A stretch of DNA of 15,126 nucleotides, from assembly GCA_964510165.1 (NCBI GenBank), contig CAZEBC010000094.1, positions 1-15,126 of the forward strand. Reading direction: 5' to 3'. Made by a program: the position numbers and the translations under genes. Within the stretch, counting starts at the first letter, position 1. Each line of letters opens with the position of its first letter. This DNA comes from an uncultured bacterium (GTDB taxonomy: Bacteria; Abyssobacteria; SURF-5). Under the pieces are notes generated by a model that was not told where the DNA came from, did no database searches, and was given only the letters and a program-made list of their open reading frames with translations. Positions 14,412-15,126 of this stretch are shown here, one piece after another.

Positions 14412-15126
14412 AACGTTTCTTCCAGTCATTTACACGCACTTTGAGGAGTTCAACCAGCATGGGGAGCGTGTGCTTGAACACGCTGACTTTTGTCAGCGGC
14501 GAGTTGTTCCAACTCACTCCGACCTCGGCGATGCTGTATCCCAATTTGCGGGCCAGGAAGAGGGCTTCGACATCGAATGCGAAGCCATCTACTCTGGCGA
14601 TTGAAAATATTCTGTGAGCCGCTCCGTCTCGAAACAGCTTGAATCCGCACTGAGTGTCTTTGATCTGCGGCACCGCCAACAGACGAACCAGGCGATTAAA
14701 GATTACTCCGCTCAACTCGCGATACCACGGTCTCCAACCGATTATGGTTGAATCCCTTAGCGCTCTTGAGCCTACCAGGATCGAGCTTCCGCCTTGGGCG
14801 GCCTTTTCCAGGACTTCCATCTCCTCGATCGGGGTTGCCAGGTCGGCATCAGAGAACAGGACATCCTTCGCTCGGGCTCGCAGCATTCCCGCCCTGACGG
14901 CGAAACCCTTGCCGCGATTGGGCATGTAACTCACAAGGTGTACGCGCCCATTCTTGCGTGCATAGCTTTCGACAATGGTATCCGTCGAATCCGAACTTCC
15001 GTCGCTGACCACAATTATCTCATAATCCAGCCCGCGCGATTTCAGGTAAGTCGAGACCTTCTCGATTGTGATTCCGATTCGCTCGGCTTCATTATATGCG
15101 GGGATGACCACGGAGAGGTCTTTTTC
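14386..15126 (-). CDS. GT2 dolichyl/polyprenyl-phosphate glycosyltransferase (ALG5/DPM-like), 5'-truncated by the window
   Basis: The frame is open to the window edge (EKDLSVVIPAYNE). Motifs: DGSSD, NRGKGFAV, FSDADL (DxD), IKDTQCGFKLF, FAFDVE. Confidence 0.9.
   Translation of the reverse strand, partial: EKDLSVVIPAYNEAERIGITIEKVSTYLKSRGLDYEIIVVSDGSSDSTDTIVESYARKNGRVHLVSYMPNRGKGFAVRAGMLRARAKDVLFSDADLATPIEEMEVLEKAAQGGSSILVGSRALRDSTIIGWRPWYRELSGVIFNRLVRLLAVPQIKDTQCGFKLFRDGAAHRIFSIARVDGFAFDVEALFLARKLGYSIAEVGVSWNNSPLTKVSVFKHTLPMLVELLKVRVNDWKKRYEFTPTHD

Noticed and set aside
1-15126. tRNA, rRNA, CRISPR arrays, IS elements, prophage or defence genes
   Set aside because: I saw no regularly spaced repeats, cloverleaf signatures, or transposase/integrase/nuclease motifs. 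The intergenic gaps are short.

Overview
GC-rich bacterial window with 14 well-supported CDSs. I saw no rRNA, tRNA, CRISPR array or transposase. Left part: a QueG/reductive-dehalogenase-like cobalamin/2x[4Fe-4S] protein and serA on the minus strand. These are divergent from a twin-arginine translocase operon in the non-canonical order tatA-tatC-tatB. The rest (4.2-15.1 kb) is a glycosylation locus. The plus arm holds a WecC-like UDP-sugar dehydrogenase, a GtrB/ArnC-like GT2, GT4s (one of three is inverted) and a TMTC-like GT-C protein with five TPRs. It converges tail-to-tail on a minus arm holding an ALG5/DPM-like GT2 (cut by the window edge), a SAM methyltransferase and a second, TPR-less GT-C paralog. 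The best candidate for a new system is this paired lipid-linked sugar donor plus TMTC-like transferase locus next to tat. Both GT-C proteins start with an RR pair, one with a near-consensus Tat motif (IRRGFLQ). All protein calls come from motifs recognised by eye; no database searches were run.
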